Assembly: GCA_038727095.1 (NCBI GenBank)
Contig: JAVYWK010000011.1
Span: 1 to 62,310, forward strand
Reading direction: 5' to 3'
Source: Thermofilaceae archaeon
GTDB taxonomy: Archaea > Thermoproteota > Thermoprotei > Thermofilales > Thermofilaceae
DNA: 62,310 nucleotides
Under the pieces are notes generated by a model. That model ran no database searches and was not told where the DNA came from. It saw nothing but the letters and a program-made list of their open reading frames with translations. The position numbers and the translations under genes are program-made. Shown here in pieces: positions 18,805-29,307 of the stretch (positions are counted from its first letter, which is position 1; each line of letters starts with the position of its first letter).

Positions 18805-19313
18805 TGCGTTCCACCCCCAAGCTCGAACTTCCTTAATATCTCGTCGTAGACCCCTCTCTCAAGCTCCTTCATCACCTCTTTAGGCGTTTTACCGTCGATC
18901 TTGACCCCCATGCTCTGACAAGTCCCTACTACACACTTGACAGCGGCCTTCAGAGTCTTGGCACCGATATCGGACTTCTTCATCATCGCTACTTTTACCA
19001 GTGATTCGAGGGGCAGGTTACCTACGTAATCGCGAGAGGGTTGCCCGGATCCTCTTTCGGCTTTCAACTCCCTTATTATCAGCGCGGCAGTAGTGGGAGT
19101 CCCAACCTCAACATCAAAGCTCTTCTTCTCAACATCAACTTGCACTTTAACCGGTACCCTCATTCCGCTGAAGTCTTTTGTCAACTCGTTGATTCTCCTG
19201 ACGACCTCCAGGACGTTTATTCCGAGAGGCCCAAGAGCAGGACCTATCGGTGGACCTGCAGTGGCTTTTCCACCTTCAACCAGGAACTGGAACGTCTTTA
19301 TCGATGCAGGCAC
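18801..19313 (-). CDS. rpl11: 50S ribosomal protein uL11
   Basis: GGKATAGPPIGPALGPLG, GTCQSMGV. Confidence 0.97.
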   Translation of the reverse strand: MPASIKTFQFLVEGGKATAGPPIGPALGPLGINVLEVVRRINELTKDFSGMRVPVKVQVDVEKKSFDVEVGTPTTAALIIRELKAERGSGQPSRDYVGNLPLESLVKVAMMKKSDIGAKTLKAAVKCVVGTCQSMGVKIDGKTPKEVMKELERGVYDEILRKFELGGGTQ

Positions 19314-19358
19314 CTCGCGACACCTCGTCGTGAGCTGGCTTAAAAGCCGTTTAAAAAC

Positions 19359-19778
19359 CTACTTTAAGGGTAGGAACATCGAAGACCGCGTCGCTTTAAG
19401 GCCCGGTTCTCCGTGCTCAACCTTTTTACATGTTGGAGCAAACTCCCCAAGATAGTGCCCGATCATCTCTGGCCTGATCTCTACCGGTACGAATTCCTTC
19501 CCGTTATAGACGTGCAGCGTCAGGCCTACCATTTCTGGAAGTACTATCATGTCCCTTAAGTGGGTCTTTATCATCGGTTGCTTCTTAACCTTCCCCTCCG
19601 CCATCAGATACTTAACCTTCCTCACCTTCTCTAACAGTTTCCTATGCTCTTTCTTCAAGCCGCGGCGAAGCGTTCTCCGCTGCCTAGCCGGGAGTACTTC
19701 TGTCAGCTTATCAAACGGCATCGCGGTCAGCTGCTCAATCGTGTATCCCCTGTAATGAAACTCCCTTGCTGAACTCAT
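19359..19778 (-). CDS. rps19: 30S ribosomal protein uS19
   Basis: [33 protein letters not shown]. Confidence 0.97.
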   Translation of the reverse strand: MSSAREFHYRGYTIEQLTAMPFDKLTEVLPARQRRTLRRGLKKEHRKLLEKVRKVKYLMAEGKVKKQPMIKTHLRDMIVLPEMVGLTLHVYNGKEFVPVEIRPEMIGHYLGEFAPTCKKVEHGEPGLKATRSSMFLPLK

Positions 19779-19831
19779 CTAATCTCAGGGGGCTGCAACT
19801 TCAGGAAATAAAAGCATCGCGACGCGAACAG

Positions 19832-20575
19832 CTACTTGGAGGCCTGGGCACCCCCCCGTTTCCGTCCCGTCCGCCTCGGAGCTATATGTCCCACTTTCTG
19901 CCCAGGCGGGGCTGTTCGTGAAACCGGAGTGAGACCCTTAGGGTGATGCCCTCCTCCCGCAGGATGCGCATACGCACCCATCGCCTTGCCTCTGACCGTC
20001 GGGTATTTGAACGATTTAGCCTTGGATAAATAGTACTTCTTTCCGGCCTTTAACATGGGCTTTTCCACTCTACCACCTCCGGCTACAATACCGATCGTCG
20101 CTCTACACTGAGAGCTAACTTCCTTGACCTTTCTTGATGGTAACTGTAGCAGAGTTTTTCCTCCCCTGTGTGCTAGCACTACAGCGTAAGCGCCGGAAGA
20201 CCGCGCAAGCTTGCCTCCATCACCAGGTCTTAACTCAACGTTGCAAACCAAAGTTCCTTCCGGAATGTTAGCAAGCGGTAAGATATTACCTAAATTAATC
20301 GGTGCCTTCGCTCCATAGTGCACTTTTTGTCCCACGGATAACCCCTCAGGAGCTATCATCAACATTTTAACACCATCCTCGAACTTCACTCGGGCTAAGG
20401 GACACCCTCTTCCCGGATCGTGGAGCAACTCCGTGACTACCCCTGTTACGACCTTTTTTGAGATAGATTCCGGATCGAATGCCCTATACTTAGCTGACCC
20501 TTCGTGCTTCCAACCCGGATTCCTGAACACACTGCTTCCACGCCCCCTTCGTTGAACGAGCAAACGCTTGCCCAT
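19832..20575 (-). CDS. rpl2: 50S ribosomal protein uL2
   Basis: MGKRL..QRRGRG, HDPGR, GDGGKLARSSG, PPGQKVGHIAPRRTGR. Confidence 0.97.
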   Translation of the reverse strand: MGKRLLVQRRGRGSSVFRNPGWKHEGSAKYRAFDPESISKKVVTGVVTELLHDPGRGCPLARVKFEDGVKMLMIAPEGLSVGQKVHYGAKAPINLGNILPLANIPEGTLVCNVELRPGDGGKLARSSGAYAVVLAHRGGKTLLQLPSRKVKEVSSQCRATIGIVAGGGRVEKPMLKAGKKYYLSKAKSFKYPTVRGKAMGAYAHPAGGGHHPKGLTPVSRTAPPGQKVGHIAPRRTGRKRGGAQASK

Positions 20576-20586
20576 ACCAGGTCACC

Positions 20587-20847
20587 TTAGAGCACACCCA
20601 GTCTACTGAGCACGTCCATTGCATTGTACCCCTCTGCGAGCTTTACATATGCTTTTTTCTCGCCCATTGGAGTAACTAGGGTGTTTACCTTCGCGACCTT
20701 CACGCCGTACATTTTCTCAACAGCCCTCTTTATCTGAGGTTTCGAAGCGGTCCTGAGGACGATAAAGGTCATTACGTTGTGGCGCTCTGCTAGCATCAGA
20801 GATTTCTCAGTCACGTGCAATCTAACTATAATGCCATCGGGTTCCAT
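20587..20847 (-). CDS. rpl23: 50S ribosomal protein uL23
   Basis: [24 protein letters not shown]. Confidence 0.96.
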   Translation of the reverse strand: MEPDGIIVRLHVTEKSLMLAERHNVMTFIVLRTASKPQIKRAVEKMYGVKVAKVNTLVTPMGEKKAYVKLAEGYNAMDVLSRLGVL

Positions 20848-21635
20848 ACGGTCACACCCTCAAAGCGTTCAGCAAGAATCTTCAGAGATGAAAGCGTGTA
20901 AAGAGTTAACCTTCCCGGGTGCCCTCCGGGAGCCAACTGGGCCACGTTGACTAGCCTAGCCGTTGCGACCTCTACGCCGGGGAGGTTCCGCGCCGCCCAT
21001 ACGATACCTTCGTTCTCAGCCACAACAATCAACAGGCTTTTAGGCACTTTATAACGCCTCCCCCTCATCTTACCCTTTCCAGCTCTAATCCTCGTTCCAT
21101 CTACCGCTCTTTCGACATCAGCCCATAGGCCTAAAGCATCCAGAACCTTTCTTACATCGCTAGCCCGCGTTAAACGTTGAAAATCATCGACCACAACTAG
21201 GGGGATCTGCTTTACACGTTCCACGCGATGGCCCCTAGCCCGCACGAGCTCCAAGTTTGCCGTAGCTGCAAGCGCCGAAACAGTTGCTAACCTTTTTTCC
21301 TTCTCATTTATAAACTCACGAATCTTCTTTTCTACCCTGAGAGGATGGGCTCTCCTGCCTTTCACTGCCTGCGGGACTCTAGCTGCTCTGCTACTACCCT
21401 TTACCCTGGGAACCCTAGCTACGCCGTGACCAACACCCCAGCTCTCCGCCGTAGTCCTTAAGCCAGCTAAAGGGTCGGTGCCTTTCGGCTGCAGCTTTGA
21501 AGTCATTAACGCTAGCACGGCTCTCCTGATAAGATCGACTCTCACGGGTGTGTCGAAGATTGCGGGGAGCTCTACGCTCCCCACGATATTGCCCTCCAAG
21601 TCGAAAACGCTAACAGATCTAACCACTACCCCCAC
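20826..21635 (-). CDS. rpl4: 50S ribosomal protein uL4
   Basis: [36 protein letters not shown]. Confidence 0.97.
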   Translation of the reverse strand: MGVVVRSVSVFDLEGNIVGSVELPAIFDTPVRVDLIRRAVLALMTSKLQPKGTDPLAGLRTTAESWGVGHGVARVPRVKGSSRAARVPQAVKGRRAHPLRVEKKIREFINEKEKRLATVSALAATANLELVRARGHRVERVKQIPLVVVDDFQRLTRASDVRKVLDALGLWADVERAVDGTRIRAGKGKMRGRRYKVPKSLLIVVAENEGIVWAARNLPGVEVATARLVNVAQLAPGGHPGRLTLYTLSSLKILAERFEGVTVWNPMAL

Positions 21636-22629
21636 CTCCCGCGGGTTGCGTACTGATATAGACCAGTTTGGGCGACTCCCTCTTCTCCTTCCTAGGCCTC
21701 ACGGCGAACCTCAGTTTTACAAGCCTCTTAGGCGGGCCCGGTAGAGTCCCCTCCACTATCAGGTATGTGCTTTTGACAAGCCCGTAATGAGGCCATCCGC
21801 CAGCCGGATTGATATTTTCGGTTTGGGGATCTGAGATCTTCAGTATACGCTTGTTGTACTCTGTCCTTTGATGAAAACCTAGCTGGCCGGCAAAAGGCGT
21901 TGTAAACATTATGGCCGGGGCTTGTGGGCCCACTGTACCAATCCTCCTGCTACCCTTCCTATGCTTGTGCCAGCGGGGGAGGATTTTCACCCCAAACCTT
22001 TTCACAACTCCCCCGAAGCCTTTACCCTTCGTCACTGCTAGCACATCAACGTACTGCCCAGGCTCAAACACCTCTGCAACGTTCACTTCCCTTCCCAACA
22101 CGCTCAGCGCGTATTCCAGCGCTTCGTTAGGCTTTCCACCCACTTTGATTTCGAAAACCTCGGGCTTCTTCTTCCCAATTCCAGATTTCCTCGGCTGTGT
22201 AGCAGCAATCACCCTCACCTCAGCGATCTTACTCTTCACTTCTTCAAGCTTCTTCATCTGCTCGTCAAAGGAGTCCTTCTTAGGAATCGTAAAGACCCGC
22301 TCCAGGGTTTTGGGGATACTTTTAGCCCAGACCTCGGCAATGCTCTTAAGCCCGTAGGGTGTTTGCTCGTAGACTCTGACCGCTAGTACTATTATGGGTG
22401 GAGCTTCGATTACTGTGGCAACCTTTGCGACTTCTTGGCCGTAAAGAGGACTGTTGGGGTTATCCTCAACCTTCACCACATGTAAGGTGCCCACCTTGTA
22501 GCCAGCAAAGCCCAGAAGCTTGGCCTTTCCGACGTCAACCCAGGTTCTTACACGGGCCACTATACTGCGAGCTCTCTTCCGCGGGTAGTAGGCCATGCTC
22601 CCTCGTCGTGGTTTATGATCCTTAACCAC
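21619..22629 (-). CDS. rpl3: 50S ribosomal protein uL3
   Basis: PRRGS..Y.PRKRA, GFAGYK, TKGKGF.GVVKR, GFHQRTEYNKRI. Confidence 0.97.
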   Translation of the reverse strand: MVKDHKPRRGSMAYYPRKRARSIVARVRTWVDVGKAKLLGFAGYKVGTLHVVKVEDNPNSPLYGQEVAKVATVIEAPPIIVLAVRVYEQTPYGLKSIAEVWAKSIPKTLERVFTIPKKDSFDEQMKKLEEVKSKIAEVRVIAATQPRKSGIGKKKPEVFEIKVGGKPNEALEYALSVLGREVNVAEVFEPGQYVDVLAVTKGKGFGGVVKRFGVKILPRWHKHRKGSRRIGTVGPQAPAIMFTTPFAGQLGFHQRTEYNKRILKISDPQTENINPAGGWPHYGLVKSTYLIVEGTLPGPPKRLVKLRFAVRPRKEKRESPKLVYISTQPAGGGGSG

Positions 22630-22704
22630 TCTAACCCCCCTAGTTACAGCTGCGCGCGCAGTCGCCTAAGAGATTTTTAAACCTACCGTGAGCCCTTCGA
22701 CAGC

Positions 22705-23553
22705 TTAATCGAGCAAAAAGTCGAGGACCGCTAGGGTGATCGGTATCGCCTCCTCCGTTCTTATAGTGAATGTGCCCTGATTAGGTACAAGGTTGACGAT
22801 AAAGTCAAATGTTCCTTTGGGATCCCAACCCTCTTCAAGAGCTATATCGAGCAGTCCCCGCTCCCGTTCACCGAAGAACACGGCAACCCCACCCTTACGC
22901 TTAGCTTCCCTTACCAGTTCTTCCGCAACATTTCTCACAGGATCGCCTAATCTCGACGTTGCTACTTTCACATAACCCTCGCACGCCGATACCGCTGCAC
23001 GCAGGTTAGGTGCTGTAGATACTTCGTACCCCCAGTAGAAAGGCACTTTCCGCCTATGAACCAGGCGGGGTTTATCATCGATTATTACCGTCACTCTCTC
23101 GCGCGGTCTCGCTCTCCCCTGCACCAATATCGGTTCCTTCAAACCTACATCTACCAGCGCAGCATCAGTCAAAGTTCTTAGAACAATCCCCTCCCTATAC
23201 TCGCATACGAAACCGCGGCCCTTAGGCGATGGAGGGTGGTGAGGGCTCTGGAGTGGAGGGATAACTCCACAGTACCTCAATGCGCTTTTCAGCGGTATCA
23301 GCTTTTGCCGTAAGTACGGTGGAGTTTCAGCGTATCTCAGAACATCTACGACAAAATCGCTGTCACCTCCGAACACTAATACTTCCTCTACCCGGAAAAT
23401 CGCAAGGTAGCGAGCTATTAGACCTAATCGTAGCGTGGCCAGCTTACGATCTTCACCCACGAAAAGTGATGAGGGGATGGCAACCCTACGTTTCACTGCT
23501 GGGCTGGGAGGTGGTCTTCTTGTTGCACTTCCTTCTACTCTTATAAACGACAC
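22705..23553 (-). CDS. SPOUT-family RNA methyltransferase (DUF171/SPOUT1-like)
   Basis: IAR..AIFRVEE, YAETPPYLR, G..PPL..PHH, YWGY, PNQGT.TIRTEEA; usual position upstream of L3. Confidence 0.9.
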   Translation of the reverse strand: MSFIRVEGSATRRPPPSPAVKRRVAIPSSLFVGEDRKLATLRLGLIARYLAIFRVEEVLVFGGDSDFVVDVLRYAETPPYLRQKLIPLKSALRYCGVIPPLQSPHHPPSPKGRGFVCEYREGIVLRTLTDAALVDVGLKEPILVQGRARPRERVTVIIDDKPRLVHRRKVPFYWGYEVSTAPNLRAAVSACEGYVKVATSRLGDPVRNVAEELVREAKRKGGVAVFFGERERGLLDIALEEGWDPKGTFDFIVNLVPNQGTFTIRTEEAIPITLAVLDFLLD

Positions 23554-23729
23554 CGAATCCGGTCTGGAAGAGAGGATGTCTTAAACTCTGCCACTGGTTT
23601 GGTGCAGAGTCAACAGGATTCTGAAGAGGGATTTTTACTAACGGTAAAGCCCCGACCCTGGAAAGGTGAACAAGTTAGTAATTGAGTTCTCGTGAAAGGC
23701 GTTGACCCCCTGCGCACTACTGTGTGCCT

Positions 23730-23837
23730 TCACTTCTGTTTCTTCTCCCTCTCTTTAGCGCTACTTCTTGAGCTTTGAGACTCCGTCTCCTTCTTTTCCA
23801 CATCGAAGAATATGGATGTCCTCTGCCTTCCCCCCAT
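23730..23837 (-). CDS. putative small basic protein (35 aa)
   Basis: Own translation MGGRQRTSIFFDVEKKETESQSSRSSAKEREKKQK*. Purine-rich GAGTGGG before the ATG and an AT-rich AAAACATAAAT element upstream; fills an otherwise empty gap. Confidence 0.4.
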   Translation of the reverse strand: MGGRQRTSIFFDVEKKETESQSSRSSAKEREKKQK

Positions 23838-23895
23838 ATCCACTCGCGGAAGCCGTGACCGGGTACCCTAATTTATGTTTTGTGACCTGCTGCAG

Positions 23896-24108
23896 CTATT
23901 CTACAGCTACCCAGTAGGCTACCTTACCTCGCTTCACCTCTCTTACTTTACCTTCCTTTAGGAGTAGCCTCAGTACGTAGAATGCTTGAGAGTGCGTAAG
24001 TCCCAGCTCTCTGACGAGAGTTGAGGTGGGAGTTTCCCCGTGGGTTTTTAAGAACTCTACGACCTTATCCTTTCGATCAGCAACTTGTGTTGTAGATCGC
24101 CTCGGCAT
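23896..24108 (-). CDS. small winged-helix DNA-binding protein
   Basis: V.EFLK.HGE.PT..L.RELGL.HSQ..Y.L..L.KEGKV..VKRGK..YW wHTH pattern. Start at ATG 24108. Confidence 0.85.
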   Translation of the reverse strand: MPRRSTTQVADRKDKVVEFLKTHGETPTSTLVRELGLTHSQAFYVLRLLLKEGKVREVKRGKVAYWVAVE

Positions 24109-24283
24109 TGCAAGAACCTTTCTCCGTAGCACGTTAAAAACTATTTCCTAACACTCCGCGCTATCTGGTGGCGGAACGATTACCCAACGCAATAGGAGCT
24201 GTACGGTTAATTGAGTTAAAACTGATCCACCATTATGGGTCAGAGCAACACGGTGTGAGTCGCAACCTCGACTCTACAGACTG

Positions 24284-25720
24284 CTACCGTGTACCTAATA
24301 GTTTGCTTAAGGTTGGGTGCATCTCCAGCAGCTGCTCCCTTGTTAGCAATTGCTGGTACTGGATAATAATTCCCACTGCGAGCAGTAGACCTATCCCCGT
24401 ACCGATCGTGCCCAGAATATCGCTTATGACCGCTAATGCTCCTACAATGGCTCCGCTTAGGATCGTGAGAACCCAAATGTAAGGGCTTAGAAGATGCTCG
24501 AGAACTTTAGCCGAAGATCTAAACCCTGGAACTTGCAGCTCAGCTTTGGCGAACTCCTCCGCCTGACCTTTAGGATCCATCCCGGTTGCTGCAACCCATA
24601 TGAGAGCGAAAGCCACCGACAGTCCGATCAACATGGTAGCGTATATAGCCACGTGGAGAGGGTCGTTTATCACAGACCATAAGCCCCGCGGCGCGGTCAT
24701 GTAGTAGATCAACGAGGGTTTCAGTGGCTGCATGGTCGTAGCATTGTACATCACGAACCAGTTCAGCCAGAGGTTTGAGTTATCCGGGTTAAAGCGAGTC
24801 CATGCAGCTCTGCCTATGATGAGGAGGTTGGCCATAAGAGCAGAAACGAGAATTATCGGAAGGTTGGAAACGTAGAGGAACTTCAAGGGTATTCGCGCCC
24901 TAATACCTCCGTATCGGGGGGCCGAGATAGGTATCTCCACCCTCATGCTCTCAAGGTAGGTAAGTGCGAGCACGAAGCCGACCATTGAGATCAGACCGAT
25001 CAAGTCTGGGAAGCCGCTCCTACGAAAACACACCTCATGCAGCAACGTAGAATTCCCAGTAGTCGCATACACGAGGCTCGCGTGGATAAGTGAGGGGACG
25101 AAGCCAACGTATAAGCCATCCTCCATTGGACCAACGGGAGAGAAAATCTCCCAGAAAACCTGCTGAGCCACTCCGGCCAGTATGAAGAGGCTAACCGCGC
25201 TACCGATACCCCAACCCTTCTCAAGCATGTCATCCATGAGCAGAATCAACACGCTAACAGCCATCAATTGGCCTAGAACCACCATCTGAGCCGCAGGGGA
25301 AAGAGTTCCGTAAACCCCTCCCCATATGAAGGCTAAAGCCTCCGCCAGAGCGAAAAAGATTGTGAGAAGCTTCTGGATGCCAGCGAAGATCTTCCTACCC
25401 TCCCTTGCCGTAAGATCCAACTCAATTATCCCGCTGCCCACGAGCAACTGCCAAACGATACCTGCCGTCACAAGGGGGCCAATGCCCAGCTCCAGAAGCG
25501 TACCACGTCTAGACGCCATGATAATTTGAACAAGCCACATCGGTTGATACCCCTGCTCCGTCCAGTGTATCCCGTAGAGGGGCACTTGGCCTAGCGCTAA
25601 GTAGAGCAGTAGAACGAGAGCTGTCCAGAACATTCTTTCGCCAAGCCTAAGCCTCCTGGGCGGCTTGGGGACCTCAGGTATGAACTTGAGTAACGATAGT
25701 AACGCACCTGTCAAACTCAA
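24284..25720 (-). CDS. secY: protein translocase subunit SecY
   Basis: GTLLELGIGPLVTAGI, KGWGIGSAVSLFI, PLKFLYVSNLP, GTGIGLLLAV. Confidence 0.97.
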   Translation of the reverse strand: MSLTGALLSLLKFIPEVPKPPRRLRLGERMFWTALVLLLYLALGQVPLYGIHWTEQGYQPMWLVQIIMASRRGTLLELGIGPLVTAGIVWQLLVGSGIIELDLTAREGRKIFAGIQKLLTIFFALAEALAFIWGGVYGTLSPAAQMVVLGQLMAVSVLILLMDDMLEKGWGIGSAVSLFILAGVAQQVFWEIFSPVGPMEDGLYVGFVPSLIHASLVYATTGNSTLLHEVCFRRSGFPDLIGLISMVGFVLALTYLESMRVEIPISAPRYGGIRARIPLKFLYVSNLPIILVSALMANLLIIGRAAWTRFNPDNSNLWLNWFVMYNATTMQPLKPSLIYYMTAPRGLWSVINDPLHVAIYATMLIGLSVAFALIWVAATGMDPKGQAEEFAKAELQVPGFRSSAKVLEHLLSPYIWVLTILSGAIVGALAVISDILGTIGTGIGLLLAVGIIIQYQQLLTREQLLEMHPTLSKLLGTR

Positions 25721-26172
25721 AGGGCTTCACCCTTCTTCGTTAAGAAGGAACCTCCGGCAGCTTCGAGTTTGCGAATCGCATCCTCGGTTGCTTCAAGTCC
25801 CACTACAACCAGCTTTCTGGTCACCCTACCGCGGCCACCCAGCTTGTTGTAGCCTAGCTGCGTTATGTCGATATGCACGGTATCACCTTCCACCCGGGCC
25901 GCTCCCTGTCTGATTAACTCTTCCACTCTCTCATCGAGCTCACCCACGTTTAACACTCTTTTCTCAGGAATTAGTGAAGGATGACGTGCAAAGCCATGTT
26001 TCCCGTACCAGTCTCGGGCGTACACCACCACCCAACTCCACTTGTGCTTGTGGTATCCTACCCTCCCTCGTCCACCCTTTCTACCGCTTCTTCTGTGCTG
26101 GGCTACCCTCCCCCAGCCGCAGGTTCTCGATCCCCGGTAGTACCTGGATTTCTTTTCCCTCCGCACCACCAC
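25717..26172 (-). CDS. rpl15: 50S ribosomal protein uL15
   Basis: RGSRTCGWG...HRRSG.KGGRG, GKHGF, KLGG.G, KLEAAGG. Confidence 0.96.
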   Translation of the reverse strand: MVVRREKKSRYYRGSRTCGWGRVAQHRRSGRKGGRGRVGYHKHKWSWVVVYARDWYGKHGFARHPSLIPEKRVLNVGELDERVEELIRQGAARVEGDTVHIDITQLGYNKLGGRGRVTRKLVVVGLEATEDAIRKLEAAGGSFLTKKGEAL

Positions 26173-26270
26173 TTACAATGCCACCGGCAGCCTATTGATT
26201 ACGTGTTATAAAAATGACGTGCAAGTCGATCACCGCAGAGTTTTTAATAGATCGCTCGGATAACAAGGCA

Positions 26271-26320
26271 GGGATGAGGCAGCTCGCATCTGACCCATGA
26301 TGTAAACCTTCGATTGCTGA
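26271..26320 (+). ncRNA. box C/D methylation-guide sRNA
   Basis: GGGATGA (C), GGCAGCTCGCAT, CTGA (D'), CCC, ATGATGT (C'), AAACCTTCGATTG, CTGA (D). 50 nt, intergenic, TATA TTTTTAATA at 26241-26249. Confidence 0.78.
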
Positions 26321-26382
26321 AGCACGCCCGTAGCGAAGAACTTAATTATGCGGGTTCGCGAGGTTCTGCGAGGGGGTTGAAA

Positions 26383-26775
26383 TTGGGCGAAAGCGAGTAC
26401 ATTCAGTGCGTATGTGGACGGGTTATAAAGGATCCATCCGAGTATAAGGTCGTATACATCAAGAAGGAGAATAGAGAACTCGACATCCTCTGCCCTAATG
26501 ACACGTGCTACCTAAGGGAGCTAGGATTTATTCAGTTTACTTTAGAGGATGATAAGCCTAAGATACAGAAAGCTACTTTCTATTCACCCTTCGTTACATG
26601 GAACGTCGCTAGGATAGGTAAGGAGAGAGCGAACGATCTACTACGGCAGCATCTCCAAACTTTAATAAAAAGGCACGTCGATTGGCGCAAAATCGTTGAA
26701 GAAACTAAGAAGCAAATAGAGAGGGAGAAGGCGGCGGCCGCAGCAGCTGCTAGCAGTCCTCCGCCAGAAGCGTAA
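26383..26775 (+). CDS. hypothetical protein (CxC...CPNxxC, possibly Zn-binding)
   Basis: CVCGR, DILCPNDTCYLRELG, FVTWN. TTG start after a G-rich SD; the ORF-track start at 26314 would overlap the sRNA. Confidence 0.8.
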   Translation: MGESEYIQCVCGRVIKDPSEYKVVYIKKENRELDILCPNDTCYLRELGFIQFTLEDDKPKIQKATFYSPFVTWNVARIGKERANDLLRQHLQTLIKRHVDWRKIVEETKKQIEREKAAAAAAASSPPPEA

Positions 26776-26838
26776 GTTAGGCTTTTACGTTCGTTCATAG
26801 GGTAAGTTTTTAAGCTGAATCCCTGCGGAGGCGCAACT

Positions 26839-27237
26839 ATGGGCAGCAAAGCTGTATCGAGTCAACCGCGCAAGGTGAGAAAAAGGCAATTGTACAGAGC
26901 ACCGCTCCACATCAAATCCAAGCAGCTCGTAGCCCCTCTAGCGGAGGAGCTTAGAAAAGAGCACGGTATTAGGAGAGTGCGAATTCGAACTGGCGATACT
27001 GTGCTTATCGTTAGGGGCAGCTTCAAGGGACACGAAGGTAAAGTTGTTAAGGTGCTCGTAAAAAAGGGAAGGATTTTCGTAGAAGGAGCAACGCGCGTGC
27101 GATCAGATGGCAGAGAGATCTACATCTCCATTCACCCCTCTAAGGTTGTCGTAACCAAGCTTGATCTCTCAGACGAGTCTAGAACGAAAATTCTGCAAAG
27201 GAGAAGCAGTAGGATCAAGGAGGTGGCCGCTAAATGA
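26839..27237 (+). CDS. rpl24: 50S ribosomal protein uL24
   Basis: SSQPRK.RK, APLH, GDTV..VRGSFKG, IHPSKV. Confidence 0.96.
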   Translation: MGSKAVSSQPRKVRKRQLYRAPLHIKSKQLVAPLAEELRKEHGIRRVRIRTGDTVLIVRGSFKGHEGKVVKVLVKKGRIFVEGATRVRSDGREIYISIHPSKVVVTKLDLSDESRTKILQRRSSRIKEVAAK

Positions 27238-28037
27238 GCGAAAGTAAGGGTTCTCTACGGCATTTACGCCGTAGTACGGCACCCCGCTATTGGCCCATCA
27301 CCCGAAAAGGGTTTGTATGGGCTATTAAGCCCTCACCCGGGCCTCACCCAGCTTCCCTTTCCATCCCCATCTCGGTAATCTTGCGCGACGTGCTCGGTTA
27401 CGCATACACGCTTAGGGAAGCGCGACGAATTCTTTCTGAGAGAAAAGTTTACGTGGACTGGAAAGTAGTCACAGACTACAAGTACCCCGTCGGTGTCATG
27501 GACGTTATTTACCTCAAGGGGGCGGAGGAGTACTACAGGGTTCTCTCGCATCCCACAAAATTCTTCATGCTCCACCCGATAAGCGGGCAAGAAAGCGAAA
27601 TCAAACCACTGAGAATCAAGAGGAAGATCACGGTGAAGGGCGGCAACATCCAATTGACCTTCCACGACGGTAGAACGTATCTTTTATCAAAGGATAGGGA
27701 GGCCGACCTTCACAAGACTTTAAGAACACTTGATACTATTGTTTTCAACCTAAAATCGAAAAGCATCTTACAGCATATACCGCTCAGTGAAGGTGTCATC
27801 GCTTATGTAATAAACGGTAGGAACATCGGTTTCGTTGGTCGCGTAGAGACAATTCAGCAAGCGTTTAAACGGGCGCAAGCGCTAGTCGAACTGCGCAGCC
27901 TTGATGGCGATAATGTCATCAGGACAATCCTCGACTATGTTTTCACGATCGGCGGAGAAAAACCAATCATCTCGCTACCTACTTCTGAAGAGATAAGCGC
28001 GTGGGAGGAGGAACTGAGCCGAAGAGAGCGACTATAG
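27234..28037 (+). CDS. rps4e: 30S ribosomal protein eS4
   Basis: [34 protein letters not shown]. Confidence 0.96.
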   Translation: MSESKGSLRHLRRSTAPRYWPITRKGFVWAIKPSPGPHPASLSIPISVILRDVLGYAYTLREARRILSERKVYVDWKVVTDYKYPVGVMDVIYLKGAEEYYRVLSHPTKFFMLHPISGQESEIKPLRIKRKITVKGGNIQLTFHDGRTYLLSKDREADLHKTLRTLDTIVFNLKSKSILQHIPLSEGVIAYVINGRNIGFVGRVETIQQAFKRAQALVELRSLDGDNVIRTILDYVFTIGGEKPIISLPTSEEISAWEEELSRRERL

Positions 28038-28181
28038 CGGTTAACAAAACCTAGAAAACAGGAAGGAAAATTAAGGTTCCTTAAATGATATTAACGAGCA
28101 GGACGTGGGCTATTGTGGCTGAGAGGAAAGATTTCTCATGGTACGTACTGCACGCCAGCAAATACTTTTAAAGTGCTTTAG

Positions 28182-28730
28182 TTGCAACCGCTAGCTGTGC
28201 CTGAAGTGCTGTACTTGGAAAGCGATCACCCGATGAGGAAAGTGTTGATAGGCAAAGTAGTGGCTCACATCGCTGTAGGCGAATCGGGTGTGCGGCTGGC
28301 AAACGCGGCGAAGATTCTTGAGATGCTGACCGGTCAGAAACCCACGTTCAGACCGGCTCGCAAAACGATAAAGGAGTTCGGCATCAAAAGAGGCGAGAAC
28401 ATAGCGTGCATGGTTACCCTTAGGGGAGAAAAAGCCTACGAGTTTCTTAAGCGTGCCTTAGCAGCAGTCAACTATACGATCAAGGAATCGAGCATCGACG
28501 AACATGGAAACTTCTCCTTCGGCATCAGGGAGCACATTCAGATTCCGGGTGTTAAGTACGATCCCACCGTCGGAATTTTTGGCATGGATGTCGTTGTAGC
28601 CCTAGAGAGGCCTGGTTACCGCGTATCACGAAGGAGACGTAAAAAATCGAAGCTGGGGAAAGCCCACTACGTCACAAAGAGGGAGGCCGTAGAGTTCATA
28701 ACTAAGGTTCTTGGTGCTAAGGTGGTTTAG
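28182..28730 (+). CDS. rpl5: 50S ribosomal protein uL5
   Basis: VGESG, LTGQKP, FGIKRGE.I, GNFSFGI.EH, RPGYRV. TATA at about 28166 suggests the true start is 28197 or 28233. Confidence 0.96.
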   Translation: MQPLAVPEVLYLESDHPMRKVLIGKVVAHIAVGESGVRLANAAKILEMLTGQKPTFRPARKTIKEFGIKRGENIACMVTLRGEKAYEFLKRALAAVNYTIKESSIDEHGNFSFGIREHIQIPGVKYDPTVGIFGMDVVVALERPGYRVSRRRRKKSKLGKAHYVTKREAVEFITKVLGAKVV

Positions 28731-28731
28731 T

Positions 28732-28896
28732 ATGGCTAAGCTTCGGCCCCCAAGAAAAAGGAAGTTCGGTAAAGGATCGATGAGGTGCAGGCGCTGCGGG
28801 ACTTATGAAGCGATCATAAGGAAGTACGATCTTTACCTCTGCAGAAGATGCTTCAGGGAAGTTGCCCAAGAACTTGGCTTTAAGAAGTACAGCTAG
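28732..28896 (+). CDS. rps14: 30S ribosomal protein uS14 (Zn type)
   Basis: [11 protein letters not shown]...[15 protein letters not shown]. Confidence 0.96.
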   Translation: MAKLRPPRKRKFGKGSMRCRRCGTYEAIIRKYDLYLCRRCFREVAQELGFKKYS

Positions 28897-28905
28897 GTGT
28901 TCAAC

Positions 28906-29298
28906 ATGGTTGTCGTAGACGTCCTCGCAAATGCTATGGCAACAATAAAGAACAATGAAGCTCGTGGCAAAAGCGAATGCGTAATCTATCCAAGCTCGAA
29001 GCTGGCAATTGCCGTGCTAAGCGTGATGAAGCAGTACGGTTACATAGGCGACTTCGAGTACTTAGAGGAGAGAAGAGGGGGGAAAATACGGGTAAGCCTC
29101 ATTGGTAGAATCAACGACTGTGGCGTTGTTAAACCGCGCTTTCCGGCTAAAAAGACCGATTTCACTAAATGGAGGGAGAAGCTTCTGCCCTCAAGAGATG
29201 CTGGAATACTGATACTATCGACCTCTCAAGGCGTAATGAGCGACAGAGACGCAGAAGCGAAAGGTTTAGGTGGGATCCTTTTGGCCTACGTGTACTGA
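28906..29298 (+). CDS. rps8: 30S ribosomal protein uS8
   Basis: DVLANAM..IKNNE, GRINDCG..KPRF, STSQGVM, GG.LLAYVY. Confidence 0.96.
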   Translation: MVVVDVLANAMATIKNNEARGKSECVIYPSSKLAIAVLSVMKQYGYIGDFEYLEERRGGKIRVSLIGRINDCGVVKPRFPAKKTDFTKWREKLLPSRDAGILILSTSQGVMSDRDAEAKGLGGILLAYVY

Positions 29299-29307
29299 AG
29301 CACGGGG

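Noticed and set aside
23570-23690. Possible sRNA: hairpins ACTCTGC/GCAGAGT and TTACTAAC/GTTAGTAA, plus a CTGA
   Set aside because: No acceptable C box or K-turn/ACA arrangement, and it overlaps the probable promoter of the SPOUT gene.
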